Assembly (NCBI GenBank): GCA_949293185.1
Contig: CASFCQ010000006.1
Span: forward strand, 3,389-67,388
From: an uncultured bacterium
GTDB lineage: Bacteria > Cyanobacteriota > Vampirovibrionia > Gastranaerophilales > Gastranaerophilaceae
Direction: 5' to 3'
DNA length: 64,000 nt
Part shown: positions 1 to 9,202 of the stretch, in pieces
Layout of the letters: each line of letters starts with the position of its first letter
Numbering within the stretch: the first letter of the stretch is position 1
The notes under the pieces: generated by a model
Database searches by the model: none
What the model saw: only the letters and a program-made list of their open reading frames with translations
Told to the model about the DNA's origin: nothing
Program-made: the position numbers and the translations under genes

Positions 1-162
1 ATCTTTTCCGTTCATAACATTAATTAGATATTCAGTCCAATATCCCATCGGCACAAAACACAAAATAGGAATAAGATACAACAAACCGCCGATTAAAATC
101 TTAAGCAGCCATCCGTCAATATTAGCCGGTGCTTTTAATGCTCTCACAAAATCAATACTCAT
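1..162 (-). CDS. membrane protein, N-terminal part only (gene continues past left edge)
   Basis: ATG at 162-160 with GGAG about 9 nt upstream. My translation MSIDFVRALKAPANIDGWLLKILIGGLLYLIPILCFVPMGYWTEYLINVMNGKD stays open to the window edge. Absent from the ORF track because it is truncated. Confidence 0.45.
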   Translation of the reverse strand, partial: MSIDFVRALKAPANIDGWLLKILIGGLLYLIPILCFVPMGYWTEYLINVMNGKD

Positions 163-216
163 ACTAACATCTCCAATTCTAAATTTAATACACAACTATT
201 GGAGAATAGTACATTT

Positions 217-681
217 TTATAAAAGCTTTGTCAAGTTAGCCATTTCAATAGCGGTTTTAGCAGCCTCAGAGCCTTTATTTCCGGCTTTTGTTCCTGCTCT
301 TTCAATTGCCTGTTCAAGATTATCTGTAGTAAGCACGCCAAATATTACAGGAACACCTGTTTGCAAGGAAACCTGAGCAATACCTTTAGAAACTTCTGCC
401 GCAACGAAATCGTAATGGCCTGTAGAACCCTTTATAACAGCACCGAGTGTAATAACCGCGTTATATTTTCCTGATTCTGCGGCTTTTTTAGCAATCACAG
501 GTATTTCAAACGCCCCCGGAGTCCAGATTACGTCTATAGTATCTTCTTTAACACCGTGGCGTACAAGTTCGTCTATTGCGCCGGACAATAGTTTTGAGCC
601 AATAAACTCATTGAATCTTGATATAATAATACAAAATTTTTCGCCGTTAGTTGTATATGTGCCCTGTATTACGTTTGCCAT
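217..681 (-). CDS. ribH: 6,7-dimethyl-8-ribityllumazine synthase
   Basis: 154 aa with a typical lumazine synthase length and pattern ([32 protein letters not shown]). Confidence 0.95.
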   Translation of the reverse strand: MANVIQGTYTTNGEKFCIIISRFNEFIGSKLLSGAIDELVRHGVKEDTIDVIWTPGAFEIPVIAKKAAESGKYNAVITLGAVIKGSTGHYDFVAAEVSKGIAQVSLQTGVPVIFGVLTTDNLEQAIERAGTKAGNKGSEAAKTAIEMANLTKLL

Positions 682-877
682 GGTATTTCTCCGGTTATAT
701 TTACTCTTATTTTAAATATTACAATACAAATATTTTGTTTTAAAGGTATTATGTTTAAATTTTTGAAAAAATTTTATATTACCATTTTATTATTCTGTTA
801 TCAGCCAGAAAGGGTAATATTAAAATTCTTATTTATGAGTAAAAATTTTTTTATCATCTAAACAGGGAGAGAGAAAA

Positions 878-976
878 ATGTTTTATATAAAAAACAATGC
901 CAGAGTTATTTTCAGTCTTGCTTATATTTCATTCATTTATATGTTTATTGTTTTGTGCATAGCTGTATTATTATAA
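878..976 (+). CDS. possible 32-aa hydrophobic small protein
   Basis: ATG preceded by AGGGAGAGAG. Hand translation is MFYIKNNARVIFSLAYISFIYMFIVLCIAVLL. Below the ORF-track size cutoff and has no other support. Confidence 0.2.
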   Translation: MFYIKNNARVIFSLAYISFIYMFIVLCIAVLL

Positions 977-1085
977 TATTACAATTTATTTACAAAATAG
1001 CAAAAAATTAGATTTTTGAATTTAATATAAATAGGTCTTTTGTGTGATTTACTAATATAACAAATAAATAGAGAAGGGGTAAACT

Positions 1086-1775
1086 ATGGCAGTAGAAGGT
1101 ATTAATGCATTCCAAAATTTTTCAAACACAGTGAATTTTCAACAATCTGCGCAAAAAACAAAACAGAATACTACAACAAATGCCTCGCAGAATCACACAC
1201 CATTGCCGGATAAAAAGAAAAACTATACTACCCCCATCGTTGTCGGTGCCGTTGCATTAGCTGCACTGGGAACAGGAATATACGCCTATAAAACAGGCAA
1301 ATTTGCAAAATCCGGCGGACAAAGCTTACAAAAAATTACAGAAAAAATCGCAAAAATAAAAGAAGCTCATATTAATGAAGCGAATAGAATCATCAATGAT
1401 AACAGCCCTAACGGAATGATAAACCTTCCTGTAATTGATTCAGCAGCAGGCATGCGCTCTGCAGATAAAGCTCAACCAAACAGATTCCATCAAGCTGCTC
1501 TCTGGCTCGAAGAGGCGTATAAACAAGCCTACTCCAAAGCAAACCTCTCTGACGGAAAAAACATGTTCAACTACATCCATGAATATATGAATAACGGCAG
1601 AACAGCTCTCGCCCAAATGTATGTTCAAATGCCGGAAGCAGAAGCTAATGCAAGAATCTCTCAATTTGCAAAAGATATTTCTGCTATGGACAAACACACC
1701 GGCATGACTGCAGAAAAATTTGTTAAAGATTTAAAAGAAGTCTTTATGCCAAAAGCCAAAGAAGCTTTAAAATAA
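1086..1775 (+). CDS. hypothetical membrane-anchored protein
   Basis: 229-aa ORF with GAAGGGG upstream of the ATG and one predicted TM helix (PIVVGAVALAALGTGIYAY). No family recognised. Confidence 0.6.
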   Translation: MAVEGINAFQNFSNTVNFQQSAQKTKQNTTTNASQNHTPLPDKKKNYTTPIVVGAVALAALGTGIYAYKTGKFAKSGGQSLQKITEKIAKIKEAHINEANRIINDNSPNGMINLPVIDSAAGMRSADKAQPNRFHQAALWLEEAYKQAYSKANLSDGKNMFNYIHEYMNNGRTALAQMYVQMPEAEANARISQFAKDISAMDKHTGMTAEKFVKDLKEVFMPKAKEALK

Positions 1776-1795
1776 CGACATACAAAATATTTATA

Positions 1796-1834
1796 AAAAC
1801 GGTATGATTTTTGTTTAAAAAATTATACCGTTTT
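1796..1834. terminator. bidirectional hairpin terminator between convergent genes
   Basis: AAAAACGGTAT...ATACCGTTTT forms a 10-bp stem with A and T runs on both sides. It overlaps the last codons of ribF. Confidence 0.5.
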
Positions 1835-2752
1835 GTTTTGTGCAAAAAATTGTATGGCAGCTTGTTCATCTTGAACGAGTTGTAATTTTAAATCAGGAAG
1901 AGAATCAAATTTACGTTCGTCTCTGATTTTTTTAATGAAAGAAACTTTAATATCCTTGTCATAAATATTTTCATCAAAATCCAGAATGTGCGCTTCTAAA
2001 AGCAGATTATGATTAGCGCCTTGTATAGTAGGACGTTTTCCCAAATTAACAATGGCAGGATATTTCTCTGAATCAAACTCAACACAGGCTATATACACCC
2101 CTCTTGAGGCTTTAATAATATTATCGGGATATTCAATATTTGCGGTAGGAAAGGATATTGTCCTGCCGATTCTGTTGCCTGTTATGACTCTGCCTTTTAT
2201 ATAAAAGTATGTTCCAAGCAGGTTCTTTATGTTTTCCATTGAACCTTCTGAGACCAACTGTCTTATTTTAGAGCTGCTTATCAAAGTATTTTCATACGTT
2301 ATCGGAGGAATCTCAAAATACCTGTAACCGTATTCGTTTTGATACGCCCTTAGCAAGGCAGCATCTCCTTTTTTGCCTGCGCCGAAAAAGTGATTAAAAC
2401 CTGTTGTGATAAACTTGGGTTTAAAATGATTAACAAGCACTTCCTTTAAATAATCAACAGCTATCAAATCCGCAATATCTTCATCAAAATCGAGAAGATA
2501 AACATAATCAATTCCCTGCGCTTCCATAAGCTCAAGCCTGTCTTGCGGAGGAATAATATACTTTGGAGTTCTGTTTTGCAAATAACACAAAGGATGTTCT
2601 TTAAAAGTAATTACAGCAGACTTTATACCGTTTTGCAAGGCAAGGTTTACAGCGTTTTTTAGCACAACTTTATGTCCCTGATGGACTCCGTCAAAAAAGC
2701 CAAGACATAACGACAAGTTCGGATTGTAATCTAATTTATCTAAAATCTGCAT
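1823..2752 (-). CDS. ribF: bifunctional riboflavin kinase / FMN adenylyltransferase
   Basis: 309 aa with N-terminal GFFDGVHQGH (nucleotidyltransferase) and C-terminal riboflavin kinase motifs (GRTISFPTANI, LEAHILDF). Confidence 0.95.
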   Translation of the reverse strand: MQILDKLDYNPNLSLCLGFFDGVHQGHKVVLKNAVNLALQNGIKSAVITFKEHPLCYLQNRTPKYIIPPQDRLELMEAQGIDYVYLLDFDEDIADLIAVDYLKEVLVNHFKPKFITTGFNHFFGAGKKGDAALLRAYQNEYGYRYFEIPPITYENTLISSSKIRQLVSEGSMENIKNLLGTYFYIKGRVITGNRIGRTISFPTANIEYPDNIIKASRGVYIACVEFDSEKYPAIVNLGKRPTIQGANHNLLLEAHILDFDENIYDKDIKVSFIKKIRDERKFDSLPDLKLQLVQDEQAAIQFFAQNKTV

Positions 2753-2985
2753 GACTTTATCTTATGTAATCCCTGCTTTATTTTCAACTATTTTATTCAA
2801 ACCCAAAATCCGGCATGGATGTTTAACATTTTCTCTCCTGTTAATAAAAAAACAGCCTTCAGGTTCTTTTTTAATCTGCGGCATGCGGATGTATTTAAGC
2901 AGACATATTTATATAAAACAATCATAAAAATATATAAAAAATATTACTAAAACCGTAATATTAATTAACAAATAAAACCATGTAT

Positions 2986-3014
2986 TTGCAAAGTTATGTA
3001 ATCAGTGTTATAAT
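2986..3014 (+). promoter_or_regulatory. near-consensus sigma70-type promoter (TTGCAA-17-TATAAT with TG extension)
   Basis: TTGCAA at 2986-2991, a 17-nt spacer ending in TGT, and TATAAT at 3009-3014. Confidence 0.55.
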
Positions 3015-3020
3015 AATAAT

Positions 3021-3122
3021 GTTATTAATGTTTCGGCTAGTGTAAAAACCTTACGAGGGTCGGGATGTAATATTTTAGATATCGAAAGATGTTTGAAAGT
3101 TGCAAAACCCCTCGTTTTTTTT
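3021..3122 (+). ncRNA. candidate ~100-nt small RNA (promoter to terminator, no downstream same-strand gene)
   Basis: The predicted transcription start site (TSS) is about 7 nt after the -10. Internal hairpin AGATATC-GAAA-GATGTTT has G-U pairs only on this strand. Closing stem ACGAGGG...CCCTCG is followed by T8 (3115-3122). Confidence 0.4.
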
Positions 3123-3182
3123 GCCCTTTTTTACTTTTATTTTGGCGTATATTGGCTGTGTCGAATTTCATTTTTAGGGATT

Positions 3183-3905
3183 TTAGCCAGAATGAAAATT
3201 ACTGTTCGCAGGCTTCTGAGTTACAAATTTTGTAGTTAATATATCAAAAAGATTTACCCTCCGCGGGTCTTCCACTTCGATGATTTTTATAAAGCTGTCC
3301 ATCTGTTTGGAAGTTTGGAGCATTTTTGTCCGGCTCAAAAACATATCTGTAATAAACTTTTCAGAATCAGGGTTGTGAACAAATCCCATACGTTCATAAT
3401 ATTTTTTCAAATCAATACGGCTGTTTTTTAACAAATCAAGCCCGATTCTTCTTGTGCTATTTTTCTCGCAGTTATGAAAAAGGAGTTTAAACATGCTTGC
3501 TCCGGCAAGCTGTATATAATTATTGGGAGAAACAGGCCAGGAAGCAATATTATCAAGATAGCAATCAGGCAAATTTTTATAACTCATAATCGCGCAGGGA
3601 GTTTTATCTTTTGCCAGTAAAAATGAACTCTGCGGCTCATCAAAACCGGACATTAAAACAGCGTTGTTGATTATTTTTTTCCAGGAACGCAAAACATTAT
3701 CCTTGTACCCCTCGCCTTCCGTTAACTTTTTTAATCTTATACGAGAAGACATGACATCTAAAAACTTTACATCAGAATACTCCAGTTTAAAAACATCAAA
3801 CACTTGATTACATCCTTGAAAAGCCGTTTTTACAACAGCGTATTCCCGAGCTTTAAAATTAAAAGCAACATTTTTGTTTGTATTATTAAGTCCGTTAATT
3901 TTCAT
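3183..3905 (-). CDS. hypothetical protein (possibly GNAT-like C-terminal half)
   Basis: 240-aa ORF. KKYYERMGF resembles the GNAT fold signature, but the match is weak. N-terminal NFKA motif (see findings). Confidence 0.6.
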   Translation of the reverse strand: MKINGLNNTNKNVAFNFKAREYAVVKTAFQGCNQVFDVFKLEYSDVKFLDVMSSRIRLKKLTEGEGYKDNVLRSWKKIINNAVLMSGFDEPQSSFLLAKDKTPCAIMSYKNLPDCYLDNIASWPVSPNNYIQLAGASMFKLLFHNCEKNSTRRIGLDLLKNSRIDLKKYYERMGFVHNPDSEKFITDMFLSRTKMLQTSKQMDSFIKIIEVEDPRRVNLFDILTTKFVTQKPANSNFHSG

Positions 3906-3959
3906 AAAATGCCTCGGCTATACAAGTGTAAATTAAGCTAAAAAATTTTTCAAATATTA

Positions 3960-4046
3960 TTGATAAAAAAACGAATTGTTTTTATAATAATAGTGAAAGG
4001 TTATTAATTATAAGTATCTCGATTATAAAATGAGATACTTTTTTTA
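3960..4046 (+). promoter_or_regulatory. promoter plus short leader ending in an intrinsic terminator upstream of 4073 gene
   Basis: TTGATA (3960-3965), 17-nt spacer, TATAAT (3983-3988). Hairpin AGTATCTC / GAGATACT (4013-4039) is followed by T7 (4040-4046), 27 nt before the ATG. Confidence 0.5.
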
Positions 4047-4072
4047 TTCCTTAGCAGATTAAACAGGTAAAA

Positions 4073-4807
4073 ATGCCCCGATTAACACATATTTTATTAG
4101 CAATAATACTAACACTTATACCGACTGCCGCTTTTGCCCAGCAGACAATTATCAATGTTCCGTCCTCGGACGTTTTGCCTTACGGGGAAATCATTCTAAA
4201 ACAGTCAAACAAATTCAGACCTTTTGGAGAAGGGAAATACGTATCGTTAACACCGCAGCTTATCTTAGGTACAGGCAAGGACACGGAAATATCCGTGGAA
4301 GCAGGAACAAACATAGAAGACACTACATCTGTCAAGCTCAACCTTACTGCAAAAAAAGTCTTTCGTATTAAAAAAGCAACAAGGCTTACTATAGGTGGAA
4401 CTCTCTCTCCTTCTTTAACAGAAGGTCAAAAGCCAGATAGCATGATATACGCGCACGGTTCTTATCTTTGCAAAAAAACAAGAACAACATTTACAGCCGG
4501 CGGTTTTGTCGGAGGGCGTCAGGAAATGCCTTCCCTGACCGGTGTTATGCTGGGTGTTGACCAGACAATTATCCCCAACAAATTAAGAGTCGCTGTTGAC
4601 TGGGTATCCAGAGATGAGTCATGGGGCGTGTTTGGTGCAGGTTTAAAAATACGCCCTGAGCCGACAACATCAATAACAACTGCTGTACTTATCCCCAATT
4701 CCTCACAAGACAGGATGGCATTTTCAGTTTCTATATCCAAATATGTGGGCAAAGTTTTACCTGAATTTGCCAGAAAAGAGGAAACAAAACAAGGAGAAAA
4801 TTTATGA
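4073..4807 (+). CDS. secreted / outer-membrane beta-rich protein
   Basis: 244 aa with signal peptide MPRLTHILLAIILTLIPTAAFAQQ and an alternating beta-strand-like pattern. Confidence 0.7.
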   Translation: MPRLTHILLAIILTLIPTAAFAQQTIINVPSSDVLPYGEIILKQSNKFRPFGEGKYVSLTPQLILGTGKDTEISVEAGTNIEDTTSVKLNLTAKKVFRIKKATRLTIGGTLSPSLTEGQKPDSMIYAHGSYLCKKTRTTFTAGGFVGGRQEMPSLTGVMLGVDQTIIPNKLRVAVDWVSRDESWGVFGAGLKIRPEPTTSITTAVLIPNSSQDRMAFSVSISKYVGKVLPEFARKEETKQGENL

Positions 4808-5208
4808 TGAAAAAGATTTTTATTTTTTCACTGATTTGCACTTTTTTACTGACTGCATCCGACATTGTTTTTGCTGAAGGCAAAAATTTCAAAGAAGCCG
4901 AATGTGAAGGAAGAAATTTTTCAGGCATGAATCTTGAAGGTGCTAACTTTGAAAAAGCAGAACTGGACAAAGCAAACTTTACAAATGCAAATCTAAAAAA
5001 CGCAAACTTTAAAGGTGCGGATATTGAAGAAGCAACATTCGAAGGAGCAAATCTGGAAGGAGCTAACTTTGAAGATGCTGACCTGGAAGAAACAAATCTT
5101 CGAAATGCCAAAATAAAAGGTGCAATCTTTAAAAATACAGAGCTTGAATACGCAATCTGGACAAACGGAAAGCTCTGCGGTGCAGGTTCTGTCGGTTCTT
5201 GCTGGTAG
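4804..5208 (+). CDS. pentapeptide-repeat protein with signal peptide
   Basis: 134 aa with repeated A(N/D)LxxANF pentapeptide units. Overlaps the upstream stop by 4 nt (ATGA). Confidence 0.85.
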   Translation: MMKKIFIFSLICTFLLTASDIVFAEGKNFKEAECEGRNFSGMNLEGANFEKAELDKANFTNANLKNANFKGADIEEATFEGANLEGANFEDADLEETNLRNAKIKGAIFKNTELEYAIWTNGKLCGAGSVGSCW

Positions 5209-5224
5209 ACATTGGAGAATATAA

Positions 5225-5644
5225 TTATACTGCAGCTGTCAATTTTTCATACGGTTTTACTATACAATCAGGCAAACGTCTGAACATTTTATTTGTCTTT
5301 GTATCAACGGCAACACATGTAACCGTAGCCACTATATTAACAACACCTGTGTCTTTATTTTTTAATGTCTGTTTAAAAACAATTGCACTCGGGCGAAGCT
5401 GCTCGATTTCCGTTGTCAATATAAGATTGTCATCGAGTCTTGCAGAAACCTTATATTTAACATTAAGCTCAACAACAGGAAGCACACAGCCTTCTTCCTG
5501 CATTTGTTTTAAATCAAGCCCCAATACTTTATCAGTGAATTCTATTCTTCCCGCCTCAAGCCATCTTAAATAAGCGCCATGCCATACAACACCGTAGGCA
5601 TCAGTATCTGCGTAATAAACTCTTATTTCATTATTTTGCTGCAT
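5225..5644 (-). CDS. acyl-CoA thioesterase, YbgC/4HBT hotdog family
   Basis: 139 aa. The N-terminal YYADTDAYGVVWHGAYLRWLE is the family signature. Confidence 0.85.
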   Translation of the reverse strand: MQQNNEIRVYYADTDAYGVVWHGAYLRWLEAGRIEFTDKVLGLDLKQMQEEGCVLPVVELNVKYKVSARLDDNLILTTEIEQLRPSAIVFKQTLKNKDTGVVNIVATVTCVAVDTKTNKMFRRLPDCIVKPYEKLTAAV

Positions 5645-5659
5645 ATATAAAAACCTTTA

Positions 5660-7258
5660 TTATGAGTCGAACAATCCCTGAATTTTATCCTGAATTTCCT
5701 GCGGATCAAGTTCATTAGTTACGTTATTTAAGTCCATCGCAACCTGATACAGCTTAGCTGCCTCAACCTTATCACCTTTTATAGCAACGGAGCGTCCGAG
5801 GTTGTAATGAGCGAGTGCATAATTAGGGTTGAACTTTATTGCTTTTTCAAACAGCTCTATTGCCGGCTGAACCCTGCCCAAATCATCAAGATATATTACC
5901 CCTAGGTTATTATATGCGATATCATAAGTAGGATCGTACTTTATTGAAAGCTCATACTCTTTTATTGCTTCATCAATATCACCCTTGCCCCAGTGTAAAA
6001 AGCCAAGGTTACAGTGAATTTTAGCGTTCGTTGGATCAAGCTCAAGCGCACGTCTGTAAACAGTCAAAGCGTTATTATATTCCTGTTTGTCATAAAAGGC
6101 ACTGCCAAGATTGATGAATATATCAATGTCAGTCGGTGTAAGCAGATATGCGCTGTGGTAAGCACTAATAGCCGCATCCGTATTTTTTTCTGCTTCCTGA
6201 AAAACATACCCCAATGTCTGTGCAATGATACTTGTCCACTCAGGACGCGGGTTTAGTGTAATTGCATTTTGATAATAAGAAATAGCAGCCTTAGTTTCGC
6301 CTTTGAGATAAAGAATATTTGCCAGATTGCTGTAAAATTCAGCAGCATTAGGCTGAATTTCAATTAATTTCAGATATGACTCAACAGCACTATCCAAGTC
6401 ACCAAGTTCCTCATACACGGAGCATAAAGAACGATATGCAGTAATATTCAGGCTGTCAACGATAATAGCCATTTTATATTCTAAAATAGCATCCTCATAT
6501 CTGCCCATTGCTCTGTATATATCACCTAACAGGCAATATAAAAGTATAAAACCGGGTGCTTTTTCCAGCGCTTCTCTATAAAGGTCAACAGCCTCATTGA
6601 TTCCGTTTCTTGCAACAAGAATCCAACCCTTCATCAGCATTGGAAGAAACTGAAGATAAGAAATCATTTTTAGCACACTTTTGATTGCGTGTTTATCAAA
6701 AGGCAGCGTAAGTATAGAGAGTAAAAATTCTTTTTGTCTTTGCAGTGTAATCTTAAAATTCTTCACCGACATTACTCGATACAGATTGTATCTTAAGTAA
6801 TGTGCTCTTGAAGAAGAAAATGGTTTTAAATTAATTGCCTTTTGGGCATACTCCATTGCATCCGGGAAATGCGCCTTTTTAGTGTGACAACACGCAAGCA
6901 TATAAAAAGCCTGTGAGTTTTTTTTATTTTTTTCAACTGCAAGATTAAAATAGTTTATGGCTCTATCTATTTCATTTTTATAATAAAAAGCCATGCCTAT
7001 TTTAAAATATACGGCATCAGAATCTATATAAGACTCTAAAGCACGCTGATATTCGGTAATAGCTTCATCAATATACTGGCGTGCCTGATGTATATCAAGA
7101 TGCCACTCTATGTACAAATCACCGAGTTTAACATGCAGTTCTGCATTAGTAGGATCATTTGCAAGCTCTAACTGGCATTTTTCAATCGCACGCTGAAGAC
7201 TGCTTGTCGGTTTAAAATCTTTTTTTGCTCTGTCTCTATACTGTAATAATCTGAACAT
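5660..7258 (-). CDS. tetratricopeptide (TPR) repeat protein
   Basis: 532 aa with many 34-aa TPR-like units (AxxxYxxAlxlxPxxxxA). Confidence 0.85.
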   Translation of the reverse strand: MFRLLQYRDRAKKDFKPTSSLQRAIEKCQLELANDPTNAELHVKLGDLYIEWHLDIHQARQYIDEAITEYQRALESYIDSDAVYFKIGMAFYYKNEIDRAINYFNLAVEKNKKNSQAFYMLACCHTKKAHFPDAMEYAQKAINLKPFSSSRAHYLRYNLYRVMSVKNFKITLQRQKEFLLSILTLPFDKHAIKSVLKMISYLQFLPMLMKGWILVARNGINEAVDLYREALEKAPGFILLYCLLGDIYRAMGRYEDAILEYKMAIIVDSLNITAYRSLCSVYEELGDLDSAVESYLKLIEIQPNAAEFYSNLANILYLKGETKAAISYYQNAITLNPRPEWTSIIAQTLGYVFQEAEKNTDAAISAYHSAYLLTPTDIDIFINLGSAFYDKQEYNNALTVYRRALELDPTNAKIHCNLGFLHWGKGDIDEAIKEYELSIKYDPTYDIAYNNLGVIYLDDLGRVQPAIELFEKAIKFNPNYALAHYNLGRSVAIKGDKVEAAKLYQVAMDLNNVTNELDPQEIQDKIQGLFDS

Positions 7259-7331
7259 GGTTGCTCTAATATTTTACTCTATACTTAATATTAAAATACT
7301 TATTATATTTTTGCAAACTCGCAAGAATACT

Positions 7332-7952
7332 TTATGAATTGAATTTGGATGTTTGAATCCTCTCTATTTTTAAACATTTTTGAATAATTTTATCTCTGTC
7401 TCTTTCTTCAATTTTAGAAAATTCCATTACATATTCGTTGGTTCTGTAAAAATTCTTTTTAAGAACTGTCCCCTCAAGCTTTATCATAGGTAAATAAGAC
7501 TCAAGACGAAGCTGAGCCTTGTACACCGTATCAGTTACAAGAGGAGTCTCGCACAAGAACCTTACCCCTCCTCCGCTTAAATCAACCGTGGCGGTTTTAA
7601 CGTTTCCGTCTTCTCTAATTATAAAGAAATCAGAAATAAAGGGCATTCTAAGATACTTGCGTCTTTGTATAACCTGATGATGTTCGCTGAATTCTATTAC
7701 AATTTCCCCGTTATAAGGCGGGTCAAACACAATAGAATCAAAAATCATTATACCGGTAAAGCTGTATACAAAAGCCTTTATCTCAGTCCCCTCACTCAAA
7801 TATGGTGCGTACTCGTTTTTTGAAGCCGGAAAAGACAGAGTAAGACGGTCAGATTCAGGTTCTATTATATAACACTCTATAACCGTCTTATTTATTCCTG
7901 TTTCAACTTCTATTTGGACTTTTTGTCCTCTTTTTACAGAACTAAGCGCCAT
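7332..7952 (-). CDS. PilZ domain protein (YcgR-like)
   Basis: 206 aa carrying the c-di-GMP-binding motifs RRKYLR and DLSGGGVRF. Confidence 0.75.
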   Translation of the reverse strand: MALSSVKRGQKVQIEVETGINKTVIECYIIEPESDRLTLSFPASKNEYAPYLSEGTEIKAFVYSFTGIMIFDSIVFDPPYNGEIVIEFSEHHQVIQRRKYLRMPFISDFFIIREDGNVKTATVDLSGGGVRFLCETPLVTDTVYKAQLRLESYLPMIKLEGTVLKKNFYRTNEYVMEFSKIEERDRDKIIQKCLKIERIQTSKFNS

Positions 7953-7954
7953 TT

Positions 7955-9184
7955 TTATATCTCTTTCAAATATTGCTGGGGAGCTAAAACGGTTAAAACG
8001 TATTTGTCCGTGATATAAGCATTTGCCACACGCTGTATATCTTCAACAGTAACAGCCTTAACCATACGATTAAACTCTTGTTCAAAATCAGCTCCAAGTC
8101 CTTTATCTTCATAATAAGCCATAAGGCTTGCCTGTTGAAGGTTTGTTTCACTGAAAAACAGACGCTTGCCGAGCAGGTTATTTTTAGCGTTTTCAAGCTC
8201 TGTATCACTGACAGGAATTTGCTTAACCTTATCCAGTTCAACTTTAAATCCTTCAAGAGAAGTTTTTATATTCTTAGGTTCGGTAGCTATATAAACATTG
8301 AACAATGCGCTGTGGTCATAAATTTCGTAAGTACTGCGCACAACATAAGCAAGCCCCTTTTTATCTCTGAGTTCCAAAAACAATCTTGAGGACAAACCGC
8401 TTGAACCTAACAAAGTATTCATAACCATAAGAGGTGCATAATCCTTAGCAAAAATAGTAGGAACTCTCCAGCCTTGCATTATCTGAGCCTGAGAAGCATC
8501 ATCTTTCGCAACTTTTACCGTCTCTGAAGCTTCCAGCTCTGCTACATCGTTTTTTATCTCACAATCACTGCAGTTTTTTATATCAGAAAAATATTTTTTC
8601 AAAAGCCCTTTAACATCTTCTCCTCCAAAGTCTCCGACAAGACTTATAACCTTAGGTGATTTTTCAAGAAGGCTCTGATAAGCACTCATTACATCGTTTT
8701 TTGTTATATAGTCAATATCTTTTAAAATATTTGTATAAGTGTGACCGTATGAATGATTTTTAAATATGTGTGAATAATAAGCATCCATTGCCAGAGTTTT
8801 AGGTTCATCCAGCTCCGCCTGGATCTCTCCTTTCAATTTAATAACTTCTTTTTCAAAGTCATTGAGCGTGGAATTTTTAATAATATCAGAGAGAATATCA
8901 AGACCTTTTTCAAAATCTTCATTAAGGCACAAAAGTTTAAAACGTATAAAATCCTGTTTCATCTCACTGTAGCATTCAATAGCATTTTCATCCAGCTCCT
9001 GCGCCAGTGTGTGAGCATCACGTTTTTTTGTACCCTGCAAAAACAGTCTGTTTAACAAAGTATAAACCCCTGCTTTTTTTTCGGGCTCAATTATTTTGAA
9101 ATAAAAGCACAAAGCATGACGCGGGGTATTTTTATTTTCCTTTGAGACAAGAGGGATATTATTATCTAAAATCATTTTTTCCAT
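7955..9184 (-). CDS. M16 family peptidase, non-catalytic-type subunit
   Basis: 409 aa, M16-like, with no HxxEH motif. Adjacent to the catalytic M16 partner. Confidence 0.8.
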   Translation of the reverse strand: MEKMILDNNIPLVSKENKNTPRHALCFYFKIIEPEKKAGVYTLLNRLFLQGTKKRDAHTLAQELDENAIECYSEMKQDFIRFKLLCLNEDFEKGLDILSDIIKNSTLNDFEKEVIKLKGEIQAELDEPKTLAMDAYYSHIFKNHSYGHTYTNILKDIDYITKNDVMSAYQSLLEKSPKVISLVGDFGGEDVKGLLKKYFSDIKNCSDCEIKNDVAELEASETVKVAKDDASQAQIMQGWRVPTIFAKDYAPLMVMNTLLGSSGLSSRLFLELRDKKGLAYVVRSTYEIYDHSALFNVYIATEPKNIKTSLEGFKVELDKVKQIPVSDTELENAKNNLLGKRLFFSETNLQQASLMAYYEDKGLGADFEQEFNRMVKAVTVEDIQRVANAYITDKYVLTVLAPQQYLKEI

Positions 9185-9202
9185 TTTAAATTCCTTTATT
9201 CA

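Noticed and set aside
682-1085. An FMN riboswitch (RFN element) was expected upstream of ribH.
   Set aside because: No GC-rich RFN core (the conserved GGGGCAGGGTGAAATTCCC and CCGGCGGTA-type segments) is visible on the minus strand. The region is almost pure AT.
4731-5573. ORFs 4731-5111 (-) and 5199-5573 (+) lie antisense to the pentapeptide-repeat and thioesterase genes.
   Set aside because: These are mirror-frame artefacts. The first is a repetitive SxFAxxKF translation of the antisense pentapeptide repeats. The sense genes have clear family signatures.
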